A stretch of DNA of 64,000 bases from a virus, in IMG/VR virus record IMGVR_UViG_3300028133_000002, positions 6,836 through 70,835 of that record, one strand, 5' to 3'. Shown here piece by piece: positions 20,669-30,547 of the stretch. A program made the position numbers and the translations under genes. Each line of letters opens with the position of its first letter. Position 1 is the stretch's first letter. The notes under the pieces are model-generated. The model searched no databases. It saw only the letters and a program-made list of their open reading frames with translations, and was not told the DNA's origin.

Positions 20669-21856
20669 ATGAGCACGCTAGTCGTTTCAAATATTGTCCC
20701 ATCTGGAAGTTCATTGACAGTAGATACTGCCCAAACGGTATTTGATTCTACAGATTCAATTAAGATTCCGGTTGGTACGACAGCTAATAGATCTGTAGCT
20801 CCTGCTGCAGGTATGATTAGATATAATTCAACTACATCTCAATTTGAAGGTTATGGCCCTGGAGGGTCATGGGGCTCACTTGGAGGCGTTATGGATGTTG
20901 ATCAAGATACATATATCTTGACAGAAACATCTGCTGGTAATGATGATGACACGTTAAACTTATATGCGGCAGGTACTAATATTGCTTCTTTAAGTCAAAC
21001 AGATTTCAACGTTAAAATTGCTGCTGATTTTGATAGTAACGTAAATATAGATGGCAGTTTAACTTTAGGCGGAGTCAATCTTGGTACCGCCTTTGTATCT
21101 GCATCTGTAAGTAATGATACAATTACTTTTACAGACGCTGCAGGATCAACTTCTTCAGTAAGTATTACGGACGATGGCCTTTCAACAGAGGAAGTTCAAG
21201 ATATTGCTGGCGGAATGTGGTCAAGCAATACTGAATCTGGTGTAAGTGTTACTTATCAAGATGCGGATGGTACATTAGATATTAATGTTAATGATCCAAC
21301 TATTACATTGACTGGTGCAGTTACTGGTTCAGCAACCATGACGAATCTAGGTAATGTAAGTATTGCAACAACCGCAACAGCTGATCCTACTCTTACAATT
21401 AGTGGTGACGCTAGTGGTTCAGCAACATTTACAAATTTAGGTAATGCTACACTATCGTTGACAATTACCGATGATTCACACAATCACGTAATTTCTAATA
21501 TTGACAATTTACAATCTTCTTTGGACGGTAAAGCTGCGTTATCAGGAGCAACATTTACAGGCGACGTTACTGCGCCAAACTTTAATACTACTTCAGATGC
21601 TGCAGTAAAAGATGATATTATGACAATTGATTCTCCATTGTCTGTACTTTCTGATCTTCGTGGTGTAAATTTTGACTGGAAACAAACTGGTAAAAAATCA
21701 ATGGGTGTTGTAGCTCAAGAAGTTGAAAATGTGCTACCATATCTTGTTGCCACTGATTCAAATGGTTTGAAATCAGTTAACTATCAAGCGATGGTTGGTC
21801 TACTTATTGAATCTGTAAAAGATCTTCAAGAACAAGTAAAAAAACTTTCTAAATAA
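20669..21856 (+). CDS. Tail-fibre protein with C-terminal intramolecular chaperone (peptidase S74)
   Basis: IPVGTTANR...IRYNS...FEGY module; FNTT-SD..VKDD...GVNFDWK...GVVAQEVE.VLPYLV...VNY S74 signature. Confidence 0.8.
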   Translation: MSTLVVSNIVPSGSSLTVDTAQTVFDSTDSIKIPVGTTANRSVAPAAGMIRYNSTTSQFEGYGPGGSWGSLGGVMDVDQDTYILTETSAGNDDDTLNLYAAGTNIASLSQTDFNVKIAADFDSNVNIDGSLTLGGVNLGTAFVSASVSNDTITFTDAAGSTSSVSITDDGLSTEEVQDIAGGMWSSNTESGVSVTYQDADGTLDINVNDPTITLTGAVTGSATMTNLGNVSIATTATADPTLTISGDASGSATFTNLGNATLSLTITDDSHNHVISNIDNLQSSLDGKAALSGATFTGDVTAPNFNTTSDAAVKDDIMTIDSPLSVLSDLRGVNFDWKQTGKKSMGVVAQEVENVLPYLVATDSNGLKSVNYQAMVGLLIESVKDLQEQVKKLSK

Positions 21857-21865
21857 GGTAATATA

Positions 21866-22615
21866 ATGGCAAATCCAACTACAAGACAGGAATTAGTTGA
21901 CTACGCTCTTCGTAGATTGGGCGCGCCTGTTATTGAAATTAATGTTGATGACGACCAACTAGAAGATCGTGTAGACGATGCTCTACAGTTTTATCAAGAG
22001 TATCATTCAGATGCAACAATGCGTGTTTATCTAAAACACCAAATTACTGCAACTGACGTAACAAATGGTTATATTACATTAAACGATAATATTTTATATG
22101 TGAAGCGTGTATTTCCTATCGGCGATTCACAATCAAGTATTAATATGTTTTCTGTAAAATATCAAATGCATCTGAATGATATTTACGATCTTTCTTATAT
22201 TGGCGACTTAATGTACTATGAAATGGTACAACAATATGTTTCATTGTTAGACATGAAACTAAATGGTAGTGGTGAGTTTGTAAGATTTAATCGTCATATG
22301 AATCAATTACATTTAGATGTAAATTGGGAATCAGATATTAAAGAAAATGATTATGTCATTGTTGAATGTATGAGAATTGTAGATCCATCAACTTATTCTG
22401 ATGTCTATAATGATATGTTCCTTAAGCAATATGTAACTGCTTTAATTAAACAGCAATGGGGTGCTAACCTTATCAAATTTGAAGGTATGCAACTTCCAGG
22501 TGGTGTAACATTAAATGGTCGTCAAATGTTTGATGACGCAACTGAAGAGATCAGACAGATCCGAGAGCAAATGCAGCTCAATTATGAAATGCCACCAGAC
22601 TTTTACGTAGGATAA
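21866..22615 (+). CDS. gp13: Neck protein
   Basis: P.TRQEL.DYALRRLGAPVIEINVDDDQ...QWGANL.KFEGMQLPGGVTLNG; T4 synteny. Confidence 0.92.
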   Translation: MANPTTRQELVDYALRRLGAPVIEINVDDDQLEDRVDDALQFYQEYHSDATMRVYLKHQITATDVTNGYITLNDNILYVKRVFPIGDSQSSINMFSVKYQMHLNDIYDLSYIGDLMYYEMVQQYVSLLDMKLNGSGEFVRFNRHMNQLHLDVNWESDIKENDYVIVECMRIVDPSTYSDVYNDMFLKQYVTALIKQQWGANLIKFEGMQLPGGVTLNGRQMFDDATEEIRQIREQMQLNYEMPPDFYVG

Positions 22616-22619
22616 TCCA

Positions 22620-23534
22620 TTGGCTACTAACGTATACTTCTCGCAAAAGGTAAGAACCGAACAGGACCTTTACGAAGATATTGTCATCGAATCCCTTAAA
22701 ATGTATGGGCAAGATGTGTATTATCTTCCCAGAGAAGTAGTGCAAGAAGATAGCATTCTCAATGAAGATATTGAATCAGTATTTGATGACGCTTACATTA
22801 TTGAAATGTACATCTCAAATATTGATGGCTTTGAAGGCGATGGTAATTTACTTTCTAAGTTTGGTGTTGAGATTCGAGACCAAGCTAACTTTATCGTTTC
22901 AAAGAAACGTTGGAACCAATATATTGGTGTTCAAAACGCAGGGACTAATAGTTTAAGACCGAGTGAAGGTGACTTAATATATCTTCCACTTTCTCAATCT
23001 TTGTTTGAGATTCGTTTTGTTGAACACGAATCTCCATTCTATCAATTATCAAATCTTCCAACATATACACTACAATGCGAATTGTTTGAATACTCAGGTG
23101 AGCAAATTCAAACTGGTATTTCAGATATTGATACAGTAATGGAAGACATATCACAGCAGCTTGTATTAGTTGTCAATAACTCAAATGGAACAGAATTTGC
23201 TATTGGTGAAGATATTCAACAAGAAATTGGCGATACTGACGAATATGTAACAGGCCGAGTAGTTTCTTATGAAACTGTTGATGCTACAACTAAAAAGCTA
23301 TTTGTAACTGGTTGGGCCACTACTGACGGAAAATACCACTCATTCACTAATAATATTATTGACGGTAATACCTCTGGTGCTCAATGGACAGTTACTGATG
23401 TGTATAATATTGATGATCCAATTACAAATAAAGCTTTAAATGATTCTCAATCACGTAACCAAGAATTTGAATTAGAAGCTGAAGGAATTATTGATTTCTC
23501 TGAATCCAATCCATTTGGTGAGATCGGAGGTTAA
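22620..23534 (+). CDS. gp14: Neck protein
   Basis: EQDLYED...ES.KMYGQDVYYLPR, RPSEGDLIYLP, PFYQL, CELFEYS, DFSESNPFG. Confidence 0.92.
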   Translation: MATNVYFSQKVRTEQDLYEDIVIESLKMYGQDVYYLPREVVQEDSILNEDIESVFDDAYIIEMYISNIDGFEGDGNLLSKFGVEIRDQANFIVSKKRWNQYIGVQNAGTNSLRPSEGDLIYLPLSQSLFEIRFVEHESPFYQLSNLPTYTLQCELFEYSGEQIQTGISDIDTVMEDISQQLVLVVNNSNGTEFAIGEDIQQEIGDTDEYVTGRVVSYETVDATTKKLFVTGWATTDGKYHSFTNNIIDGNTSGAQWTVTDVYNIDDPITNKALNDSQSRNQEFELEAEGIIDFSESNPFGEIGG

Positions 23535-23536
23535 CT

Positions 23537-24301
23537 ATGTTATCAGATCATTTTTATCATGCATCAATTAGAAGAACCATTGCAGCATTTGGTACTATCT
23601 TTAATGATATTAAAATTATGCGCAAAGGTTCAGATGGTGAAGTAAAAAATATTATGAGGGTTCCATTAGCATATGGACCTAAGCAAAAGTTTCTTGCAAG
23701 ATTAGAATCACAAGCGTCTCTTACAGATCCAAAAGTGGCAATTAAGTTGCCGAGGATGTCTTTTGAAATTACTTCTTTAGCATACGACGCAGCAAGTAAG
23801 TTACCAAAAATGAACCAAATTGTCCGCGGATCTGGTATTACAAGAGACGCAATTTATACTCATGCTCCATATAATATGGGTATTACTTTATCAATTATGG
23901 CAAAGAACCAAGATGATGCTTTGCAGGTAATTGAACAAATTATTCCGTATTTTCAACCAGAATATACGATTACAATTAATGAAGTACCAGAGCTCGGGAT
24001 AAAATCTGATGTACCTATTATATTATCAAGTGTAGGATTAGCTGAAGACTATGAAGGTGATTTCTTGTCTCGTAGGGCTATTGTCTATACATTGGACTTT
24101 GAATTAAAAGTAAAATTCTATGGTCCAGTTCAACAGCGAGGTGTTATTACTAAAGCAGAAGTTGATATGATTAATGCTGAAGCAGAAGATCCATTTGGAT
24201 TCCTTGAGGAATATATTGCAGATGGAACTAACGCAAATGGCGACTTTGATAATGTTATTGAAGGTAAAGATGAAGTTGATGACGGAGAAATTACTCCATG
24301 A
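23537..24301 (+). CDS. gp15: Tail sheath stabilizer/terminator
   Basis: FYH..IRR.I.AFGT.FNDI, VPLAYGPKQKFLARL, LPRMSFE, EQIIPYFQP. Confidence 0.92.
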   Translation: MLSDHFYHASIRRTIAAFGTIFNDIKIMRKGSDGEVKNIMRVPLAYGPKQKFLARLESQASLTDPKVAIKLPRMSFEITSLAYDAASKLPKMNQIVRGSGITRDAIYTHAPYNMGITLSIMAKNQDDALQVIEQIIPYFQPEYTITINEVPELGIKSDVPIILSSVGLAEDYEGDFLSRRAIVYTLDFELKVKFYGPVQQRGVITKAEVDMINAEAEDPFGFLEEYIADGTNANGDFDNVIEGKDEVDDGEITP

Positions 24302-24648
24302 AGCATGATAAAGACGATGTAGATGACGATTATGATTTTGCTCGAAGTAAATATTATAATCTAGCAGAAAAAGGCGATGAGGCCATAGATCTTATGATGG
24401 AATTAGCTCGTGAGTCTGAGCATCCACGCGCCTTTGAAGTATTATCTAATATGATGAAACAAAATGCAGAAATTGCTGATCGTCTAATGGAATTACAAAA
24501 GAAAAAGAAAGAAGTTCGCTTAAAAGATTCTAAAGGACTTCCAGGTAAATTGACACAAAATAATGTATATGTAGGTTCTTCAACAGACTTACAAAGAATG
24601 CTATTGAAAAAAATGGATGATGCAAATGTCATTGAGTCTGAAGAATAA
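24298..24648 (+). CDS. gp16: Terminase small subunit
   Basis: DYDFAR..Y, A.ESEHPRAFEV, NNVYVGSS.DLQ.ML; immediately before gp17. Confidence 0.88.
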   Translation: MKHDKDDVDDDYDFARSKYYNLAEKGDEAIDLMMELARESEHPRAFEVLSNMMKQNAEIADRLMELQKKKKEVRLKDSKGLPGKLTQNNVYVGSSTDLQRMLLKKMDDANVIESEE

Positions 24649-26224
24649 CGAAGCAGGCTATCTTGGTAACCCTAATGTAAAACGTGACGGTGTTGAACAA
24701 GAGTGGACTCAAAAAGAAATAAAAGAATACGCAAAATGCATGAGAGATCCTGCATATTTTGCTAGAACTTATTTAAAAGTAATTTCTCTTGATAGAGGAT
24801 TAGTTTCATTTGATCTATATCCGTATCAAGAAAAAATGTTTAAACATTTCGAAGATAATAGATTCTCTATTGTTTTGGCCTGTAGGCAATCAGGTAAATC
24901 TATTTCATCTGTAGCATATCTTTTGTGGTATGCAATATTTAATCCCGAAAAAACAATTGCTGTTTTAGCTAACAAAGGTTCTACTGCACGCGAAATGCTA
25001 GCAAGAGTAACCTTAATGTTAGAAAATTTACCATTCTTTTTGCAGCCTGGATGTAAAGCACTTAATAAAGGCTCAATAGAATTTTCTAATAACTCTCGTA
25101 TTATTGCTGCTGCTACGTCTGGTTCTTCTATTCGTGGTATGTCAGTTAACTTACTATTCCTTGACGAATTTGCATTTGTTGAAAACGATGCTGAGTTCTA
25201 TACATCAACTTATCCAGTTGTTTCATCTGGGGAAAGTACAAGAGTTATTATTACGAGTACTGCAAATGGTGTTGGTAATGTTTACCATAAAATTTACGAA
25301 GGTGCTGTTCAAGAAACAAATGAATATAAACCTTTTAGAGTAGATTGGTGGGACGTTCCAGGAAGAGATGAAGCTTGGAAAGAACAGACTGTTGCTAACA
25401 CTTCTGAACTTCAATTCCAACAAGAATTTGGAAACACTTTCCACGGAACCGGTAATACACTAATTGCTCCAGAAATACTTCTTGGACTTCAGGCAAAGCC
25501 GCCAATTAAGCAAAGCACCGAGGTAAGAATATATAAAGAACCTGAAGAAGTTCACGAATATATGATGTTTGTAGATGTTGCAAAAGGTCGTGGTCAAGAC
25601 TACTCTACATTTAATATTATAGATATGTCTGTTAGGCCGTTTGAACAAGTAGCTGTTTTCCAAGATAATAAAATTTCGCCATTGTTATTTCCAGACGTTA
25701 TTTACAAATATGCTAACATGTATAATGAAGCATTTATTGTGATTGAGAGTAATGACCAAGGATCTGTTGTATGTAATGGTTTATATTATGATTTAGAGTA
25801 TGAAAATATTTTTGTAGAGTCTGCTGTAAAAGCCAATTCAATTGGTGTTACTATGACCCGTAAAATTAAGCGCATTGGTACATCAAATATCAAAGACTTA
25901 ATTGAGCAAAGAAAACTAATAATAAACGATGCAGAAACCATTTTAGAACTATCAACCTTTGAAGCAAGAGGTAATTCTTATGAAGCTTCAACTGGTAATC
26001 ATGATGACTTAGTAATGAACTTAGTTCTATTTGGATGGTTTTCAACAAATGCATTTTTCGCAGAGCTTACAGATATTGATATGAAGTCTTTATTATATTC
26101 TGAAAGAATTAAAGCAATGGAAGAAGAAATTGTTCCGGTTGGATTCTTTGAGGATGGCAGAGAAGATAAGTACGAAAGAGAAGGTGGTATGGTCTGGGAG
26201 ACCGTAGATACTGGAATTTACTAA
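24617..26224 (+). CDS. gp17: Terminase large subunit
   Basis: YLGNPNVK, RQSGKS Walker A, LFLDEFAF Walker B, ITSTANG, DVAKGRGQDYS, HDDLVM nuclease motifs. Confidence 0.97.
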   Translation: MMQMSLSLKNNEAGYLGNPNVKRDGVEQEWTQKEIKEYAKCMRDPAYFARTYLKVISLDRGLVSFDLYPYQEKMFKHFEDNRFSIVLACRQSGKSISSVAYLLWYAIFNPEKTIAVLANKGSTAREMLARVTLMLENLPFFLQPGCKALNKGSIEFSNNSRIIAAATSGSSIRGMSVNLLFLDEFAFVENDAEFYTSTYPVVSSGESTRVIITSTANGVGNVYHKIYEGAVQETNEYKPFRVDWWDVPGRDEAWKEQTVANTSELQFQQEFGNTFHGTGNTLIAPEILLGLQAKPPIKQSTEVRIYKEPEEVHEYMMFVDVAKGRGQDYSTFNIIDMSVRPFEQVAVFQDNKISPLLFPDVIYKYANMYNEAFIVIESNDQGSVVCNGLYYDLEYENIFVESAVKANSIGVTMTRKIKRIGTSNIKDLIEQRKLIINDAETILELSTFEARGNSYEASTGNHDDLVMNLVLFGWFSTNAFFAELTDIDMKSLLYSERIKAMEEEIVPVGFFEDGREDKYEREGGMVWETVDTGIY

Positions 26225-26227
26225 TCT

Positions 26228-26235
26228 TATAAATA
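26228..26235 (+). promoter_or_regulatory. T4-type late promoter
   Basis: Intergenic TATAAATA before gp18. Confidence 0.8.
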
Positions 26236-26313
26236 TAATCGAGTGAATAAATAAACGTATTATGATATCATATTATATCCCGAGCTTATAATCTTTTTTG
26301 GAGAGGAATACAC

Positions 26314-27999
26314 ATGGCTTTTCTAGTATCACCAGGAGTTCAAGTCAAAGAAATTGACTTGACGAATGTGATTCCAGCTGTATCTACCAGTATTGGTGGA
26401 TTTGCTGGCGCATTCAACTGGGGTCCTGTAGAAGAAATCCGCACACTAGGTTCAGAAAAAGAACTTGCGGCGGTCTTCGGCACCCCAGATAATCAAACCG
26501 CGGTATACTTCCTAACAGCAGCTAGCTTCCTAACTTATGGTAATGCATTAAAAGTTGTCCGTGCTGAAACAGCCGGCATGCTTAATGCTACCACAGGAGC
26601 AACTGGTCTTTTAGTGAAGAATCGCGATCATTTAGACGACGTAACAACCACAGCCTTTGAATTTATTGCTAAGTATCCAGGTACTTTAGGTAATTCATTG
26701 AAAGTAGATGTATGTCCAGCAGACACAACAGTCTTTACTGGATGGGCATATGCAGATCAATTCGATGCTGCACCGGGTACATCTGACTTTGCAGCTGATC
26801 GTAGCTGTTCAAACGATGAAATGCATATTGCAGTAATTGATGAAGATGGCGCATGGTCAGGAGTTCCAGGAACAGTTCTTGAAACTTTCCCATTCGTATC
26901 ACAAGCATCTGATGCAAAATCAGCGCAGGGCACATCCAACTATTGGATTGATGTTATTAATGGTACATCATCCTATGTTTGGGCTGGAGATGCTCCAGCA
27001 TTATTAACACATGCAGGTGACAGTACTGAAACCCGTGGAGGCGATTACTTAGATGCTATTACCGCCGCTACAATTTCAGAATCATTGGCAGCTGGTGCTG
27101 ATAATAATGTACCATCAGTTGGTGAAATTCAGCTTGGTTTTGATATGTTCGAAGATGCAGAAACTGTAGATGTAAATCTATTGTTTGCTGTACCAGGCGC
27201 AAATGGTGGCGACGACGTTACTCTTGCTAACGATCTATTAAGCATTGCAACATCGCGTAAAGATGTAGTTGCATTTGTTTCTCCTCCAATCGAGGACACA
27301 GTAGGAACTGCTACACCAGCAGCAGATGTTAAAGCATGGGCTGATCAGCTCACATCGACATCTTATGGTGTAATTGATTCTACTGCAATTAAAGTATACG
27401 ACAAGTACAATGATGTGTATCGCTGGATTCCAGCTGCAGGTCACATGGCTGGTCTATGTGCTAATACAGACAACGTGGCCGATGCATGGTTCTCACCAGC
27501 AGGCTTTACACGTGGTCAAATCTTGGGTATTACAAAGATTGCTTTCAATCCTAAGCAAGCTGATCGTGATACTCTTTATAAAGCACGCATTAACCCAATT
27601 GTTTCTTTCCCTGGTCAGGGCACTGTACTATATGGTGATAAGACTGCACAAGCTAAACCTTCTGCATTCGATCGCATCAACGTACGTCGTCTATTCGTCA
27701 CCTTGGAAAAAGCAATTGCAACTGCTGCCAAATTCCAACTCTTTGAATTCAACGACGAATTTACCCGTGCAATGTTCCGCAATATGGTAGAACCATTCTT
27801 GCGTGATGTTAAAGGTCGTCGTGGTATTACAGACTTTGCAGTTGTATGTGATGCAACAAACAACACTGGAGAAGTTGTAGATACAAACCGTTTTGTTGCG
27901 GATATCTACATTAAACCAGCACGTTCTATTAACTTCATCACATTGAACTTCATCGCGACTCGTACCGGCGTTGAATTCTCTGAAATTATTGGTCAATAA
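26314..27999 (+). CDS. gp18: Tail sheath protein
   Basis: SPGVQVKEIDLT, WFSPAGFTRG, FDRINVRRLF, FEFNDEFTR, KPARSINFITLNF. Confidence 0.97.
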   Translation: MAFLVSPGVQVKEIDLTNVIPAVSTSIGGFAGAFNWGPVEEIRTLGSEKELAAVFGTPDNQTAVYFLTAASFLTYGNALKVVRAETAGMLNATTGATGLLVKNRDHLDDVTTTAFEFIAKYPGTLGNSLKVDVCPADTTVFTGWAYADQFDAAPGTSDFAADRSCSNDEMHIAVIDEDGAWSGVPGTVLETFPFVSQASDAKSAQGTSNYWIDVINGTSSYVWAGDAPALLTHAGDSTETRGGDYLDAITAATISESLAAGADNNVPSVGEIQLGFDMFEDAETVDVNLLFAVPGANGGDDVTLANDLLSIATSRKDVVAFVSPPIEDTVGTATPAADVKAWADQLTSTSYGVIDSTAIKVYDKYNDVYRWIPAAGHMAGLCANTDNVADAWFSPAGFTRGQILGITKIAFNPKQADRDTLYKARINPIVSFPGQGTVLYGDKTAQAKPSAFDRINVRRLFVTLEKAIATAAKFQLFEFNDEFTRAMFRNMVEPFLRDVKGRRGITDFAVVCDATNNTGEVVDTNRFVADIYIKPARSINFITLNFIATRTGVEFSEIIGQ

Positions 28000-28011
28000 G
28001 GAGAATAAACA

Positions 28012-28545
28012 ATGGCAATCTTAGGCGTAGATGATTTCAAATCAAAGCTAGTTGGTGGTGGCGCACGTTCTAACCTTTTCAAGGTAGAAATGGGTTTTCC
28101 AGCTGGTATCGCAGGTGCAGCTGAATCTGAAGTAGGTGGTTTCTTAATTAAAGCCGCTCAACTTCCGGCTTCTGTTATTGCACCAATCACTGTTCCATTC
28201 CGTGGGCGTCAACTTCAAATTGCGGGCGATCGTACTTTTGAACCTTGGACAATTACGGTAATGAATGACACAAACTTCTTGTTGCGTGATGCATTCGAGC
28301 GTTGGATGAACTATATCAACTCTCACAATGCAAACAGCGGTGAAGTTACTCCATCAAACTATTTTGCTGATGCATCTGTTTATCAGCTTGATAAAGATGG
28401 AAGTGAAGTCAAAGCATATACATTCCGCGGCATGTGGCCAACGAACGTAGCAGCAATTGATGTTTCATTCGACAATGAAAATGCTATTGAAGAGTTCACA
28501 GTTGAACTCCAAGTACAGTATTGGGAATCAAACACCACTACTTAA
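28012..28545 (+). CDS. gp19: Tail tube protein
   Basis: GGGARSNLFKV, PFRGRQLQIAGDRTFEPWTIT, IEEFTVELQVQYW. Confidence 0.95.
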   Translation: MAILGVDDFKSKLVGGGARSNLFKVEMGFPAGIAGAAESEVGGFLIKAAQLPASVIAPITVPFRGRQLQIAGDRTFEPWTITVMNDTNFLLRDAFERWMNYINSHNANSGEVTPSNYFADASVYQLDKDGSEVKAYTFRGMWPTNVAAIDVSFDNENAIEEFTVELQVQYWESNTTT

Positions 28546-28550
28546 TAGCA

Positions 28551-28592
28551 TATAAATAATAGCAGAGGGGTTTATCTCCTCTGCTTATTATT
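28551..28592 (+). promoter_or_regulatory. Late promoter followed by a leader hairpin before the portal gene
   Basis: TATAAATA at 28551-28558, then AGCAGAGGGG-TTTAT-CTCCTCTGCT stem. Confidence 0.7.
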
Positions 28593-28608
28593 AACGTAGG
28601 AAGATTTA

Positions 28609-30114
28609 ATGGCTGAATTATTTGGTTTCGAAATAAAGCGAAAGAAAGAGCAAGAACAAGAAGACGCTAAAAAGCAATCTTTTGTTGCTCCATTAGAGGA
28701 TGATGGTTCTAGTTATGTTCAAGCTGGTGGTGGCCACTTTGGCCAGTACATTGACTTGTCTGGAACTGAAGGAGCTAAATCTGAAGCTGATCTAATCCGA
28801 CGTTATAGAGATATTGCAATGCATCCAGAGTGTGATGCAGCAATTGAAGATATTATTAATGAGTCTATTGTATCAGATACTAAATCTGCGCCAATTGATC
28901 TAGTAACTGATGATTTAGATCTACCTGATAATGTTAAAAAACTTGTAAGACAAGAATTTGAAAATGTAGTTGAACTATTGCAGTTTAACCATTATGGACA
29001 TGAAACATTCCGTAAATGGTATGTTGATGGCCGTTTGTTTTACCACATCATTGTTGACGAAAAGAGCCCTAAAAAGGGTATTTTAGAGTTACGTCCAATT
29101 GATCCTACACGTATCCGTAAAGTAAAAGAGATTGAAGAAGAAAAAGATCCTAAGACTGGCGCTCAAATTATTAAGAGTGTTAAGGAATATTATCTTTATC
29201 AAGATACTTCAATGTCAAAGTCTAACTCAGGCTTAAAGATTTCTAAAGATGCTATTCAATATACTACATCAGGTTTGTTGGATACATCTCGTAAAAACGT
29301 TCTTTCTTACTTGCATAAAGCAATTAAGCCAGTGAATCAACTTCGTATGATGGAAGATTCATTAGTAATTTATCGCTTATCAAGAGCTCCAGAACGTCGC
29401 ATTTTCTATATTGATGTTGGTAACCTTCCAAAAGGTAAATCAGAAGAATACCTACGTGGTATTATGAACCAATATAGAAACAAATTAGTTTATGATGCAT
29501 CTACTGGCGAAATCAAAGATGACCGTAAACACATGTCAATGTTAGAAGATTTCTGGCTCCCACGTCGTGAAGGTGGTAGAGGTACAGAAATTTCAACGCT
29601 TCCTGGTGGTGAAAACTTAGGTCAAATTGATGACATTTTCTACTTCCAGAAAAAGCTATATAGATCATTAAACGTTCCAGTAAATAGATTAGAGCAAGAA
29701 GCTCAATTCTCACTTGGACGTTCTACTGAAATTTCGAGAGACGAGGTTAAATTTCAGAAATTTATTAACCGTCTTCGTAAAAAATTCTCTTGGTTATTCT
29801 TAGATCTCCTTAAGACACAATTACTTTTAAAAGGTATTATTACTGAGTCTGATTGGAGAAACATTAGAGAGAATATTTCTGTTGACTTTATTCGTGATTC
29901 ATATTTCTCAGAATTAAAAGAAGCAGAAATTATTAGAGAAAGATTAGAACTACTCGCGCAATTAGATGAGTATGTTGGTAATTATTACTCTAAAGAGTGG
30001 GTTCAAAAGAATATTCTCAGACAATCTGATGAGGATATAGATATGATGTCTAAACAGATCGATGCAGAAAGAGCTGCTGGTAAAATTCCAGATGAAGACG
30101 ATCTTGAAATCTAA
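28609..30114 (+). CDS. gp20: Portal vertex protein
   Basis: LFGFEI, WYVDGRL, YLHKAIKPVNQLRMMED, RAPERRIFYIDVGNLPK, EDFWLPRREGGRGTEI. Confidence 0.97.
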   Translation: MAELFGFEIKRKKEQEQEDAKKQSFVAPLEDDGSSYVQAGGGHFGQYIDLSGTEGAKSEADLIRRYRDIAMHPECDAAIEDIINESIVSDTKSAPIDLVTDDLDLPDNVKKLVRQEFENVVELLQFNHYGHETFRKWYVDGRLFYHIIVDEKSPKKGILELRPIDPTRIRKVKEIEEEKDPKTGAQIIKSVKEYYLYQDTSMSKSNSGLKISKDAIQYTTSGLLDTSRKNVLSYLHKAIKPVNQLRMMEDSLVIYRLSRAPERRIFYIDVGNLPKGKSEEYLRGIMNQYRNKLVYDASTGEIKDDRKHMSMLEDFWLPRREGGRGTEISTLPGGENLGQIDDIFYFQKKLYRSLNVPVNRLEQEAQFSLGRSTEISRDEVKFQKFINRLRKKFSWLFLDLLKTQLLLKGIITESDWRNIRENISVDFIRDSYFSELKEAEIIRERLELLAQLDEYVGNYYSKEWVQKNILRQSDEDIDMMSKQIDAERAAGKIPDEDDLEI

Positions 30115-30119
30115 TTTAT

Positions 30120-30127
30120 TATAAATA
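30120..30127 (+). promoter_or_regulatory. T4-type late promoter
   Basis: Intergenic TATAAATA before the prohead core genes. Confidence 0.8.
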
Positions 30128-30143
30128 TATCAAAAGGTGAATT

Positions 30144-30365
30144 ATGACTGAAACAATTGATTTAATTAATGCATTAGCAAATAGCAAAACAGCTGACGCT
30201 AATAATGTATTTAATGATTTGATGGCAAGTAAATTGAATGTGTCTATTGATGCTAAAAAGATTGAAATTGCCAACGATACATATAATGGCGTAACACAAG
30301 AATTAGAACAGGAAATTGGAAACAATGAAGTTCAAGGAACTGAGACAGTCACTGACTCTGAGTGA
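30144..30365 (+). CDS. Prohead core protein (gp67-like position)
   Basis: Small acidic ORF between gp20 and gp21. Confidence 0.6.
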   Translation: MTETIDLINALANSKTADANNVFNDLMASKLNVSIDAKKIEIANDTYNGVTQELEQEIGNNEVQGTETVTDSE

Positions 30366-30543
30366 AGCTTCTGAAAAAGAAGTTAAAACTCTTAAAGTTG
30401 GTAAAAAATCTAAAGCTGTTATTAAACAGAAGGGTTCCAAGTTCTCTGTTTATATCGATGGCACTTTGCTAGACGATAAATATAAGAATGCTAAAGAAGC
30501 AGAAAAGGCTGCGAAGGAATTCGCAGATCTTATGGGAGCATAA
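30325..30543 (+). CDS. Prohead core protein (gp68-like position)
   Basis: Small basic ORF (MKFKELRQSL...) between gp20 and gp21. ATG at 30325 preferred over the ORF-track start. Confidence 0.55.
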   Translation: MKFKELRQSLTLSEASEKEVKTLKVGKKSKAVIKQKGSKFSVYIDGTLLDDKYKNAKEAEKAAKEFADLMGA

Positions 30544-30547
30544 TTAA

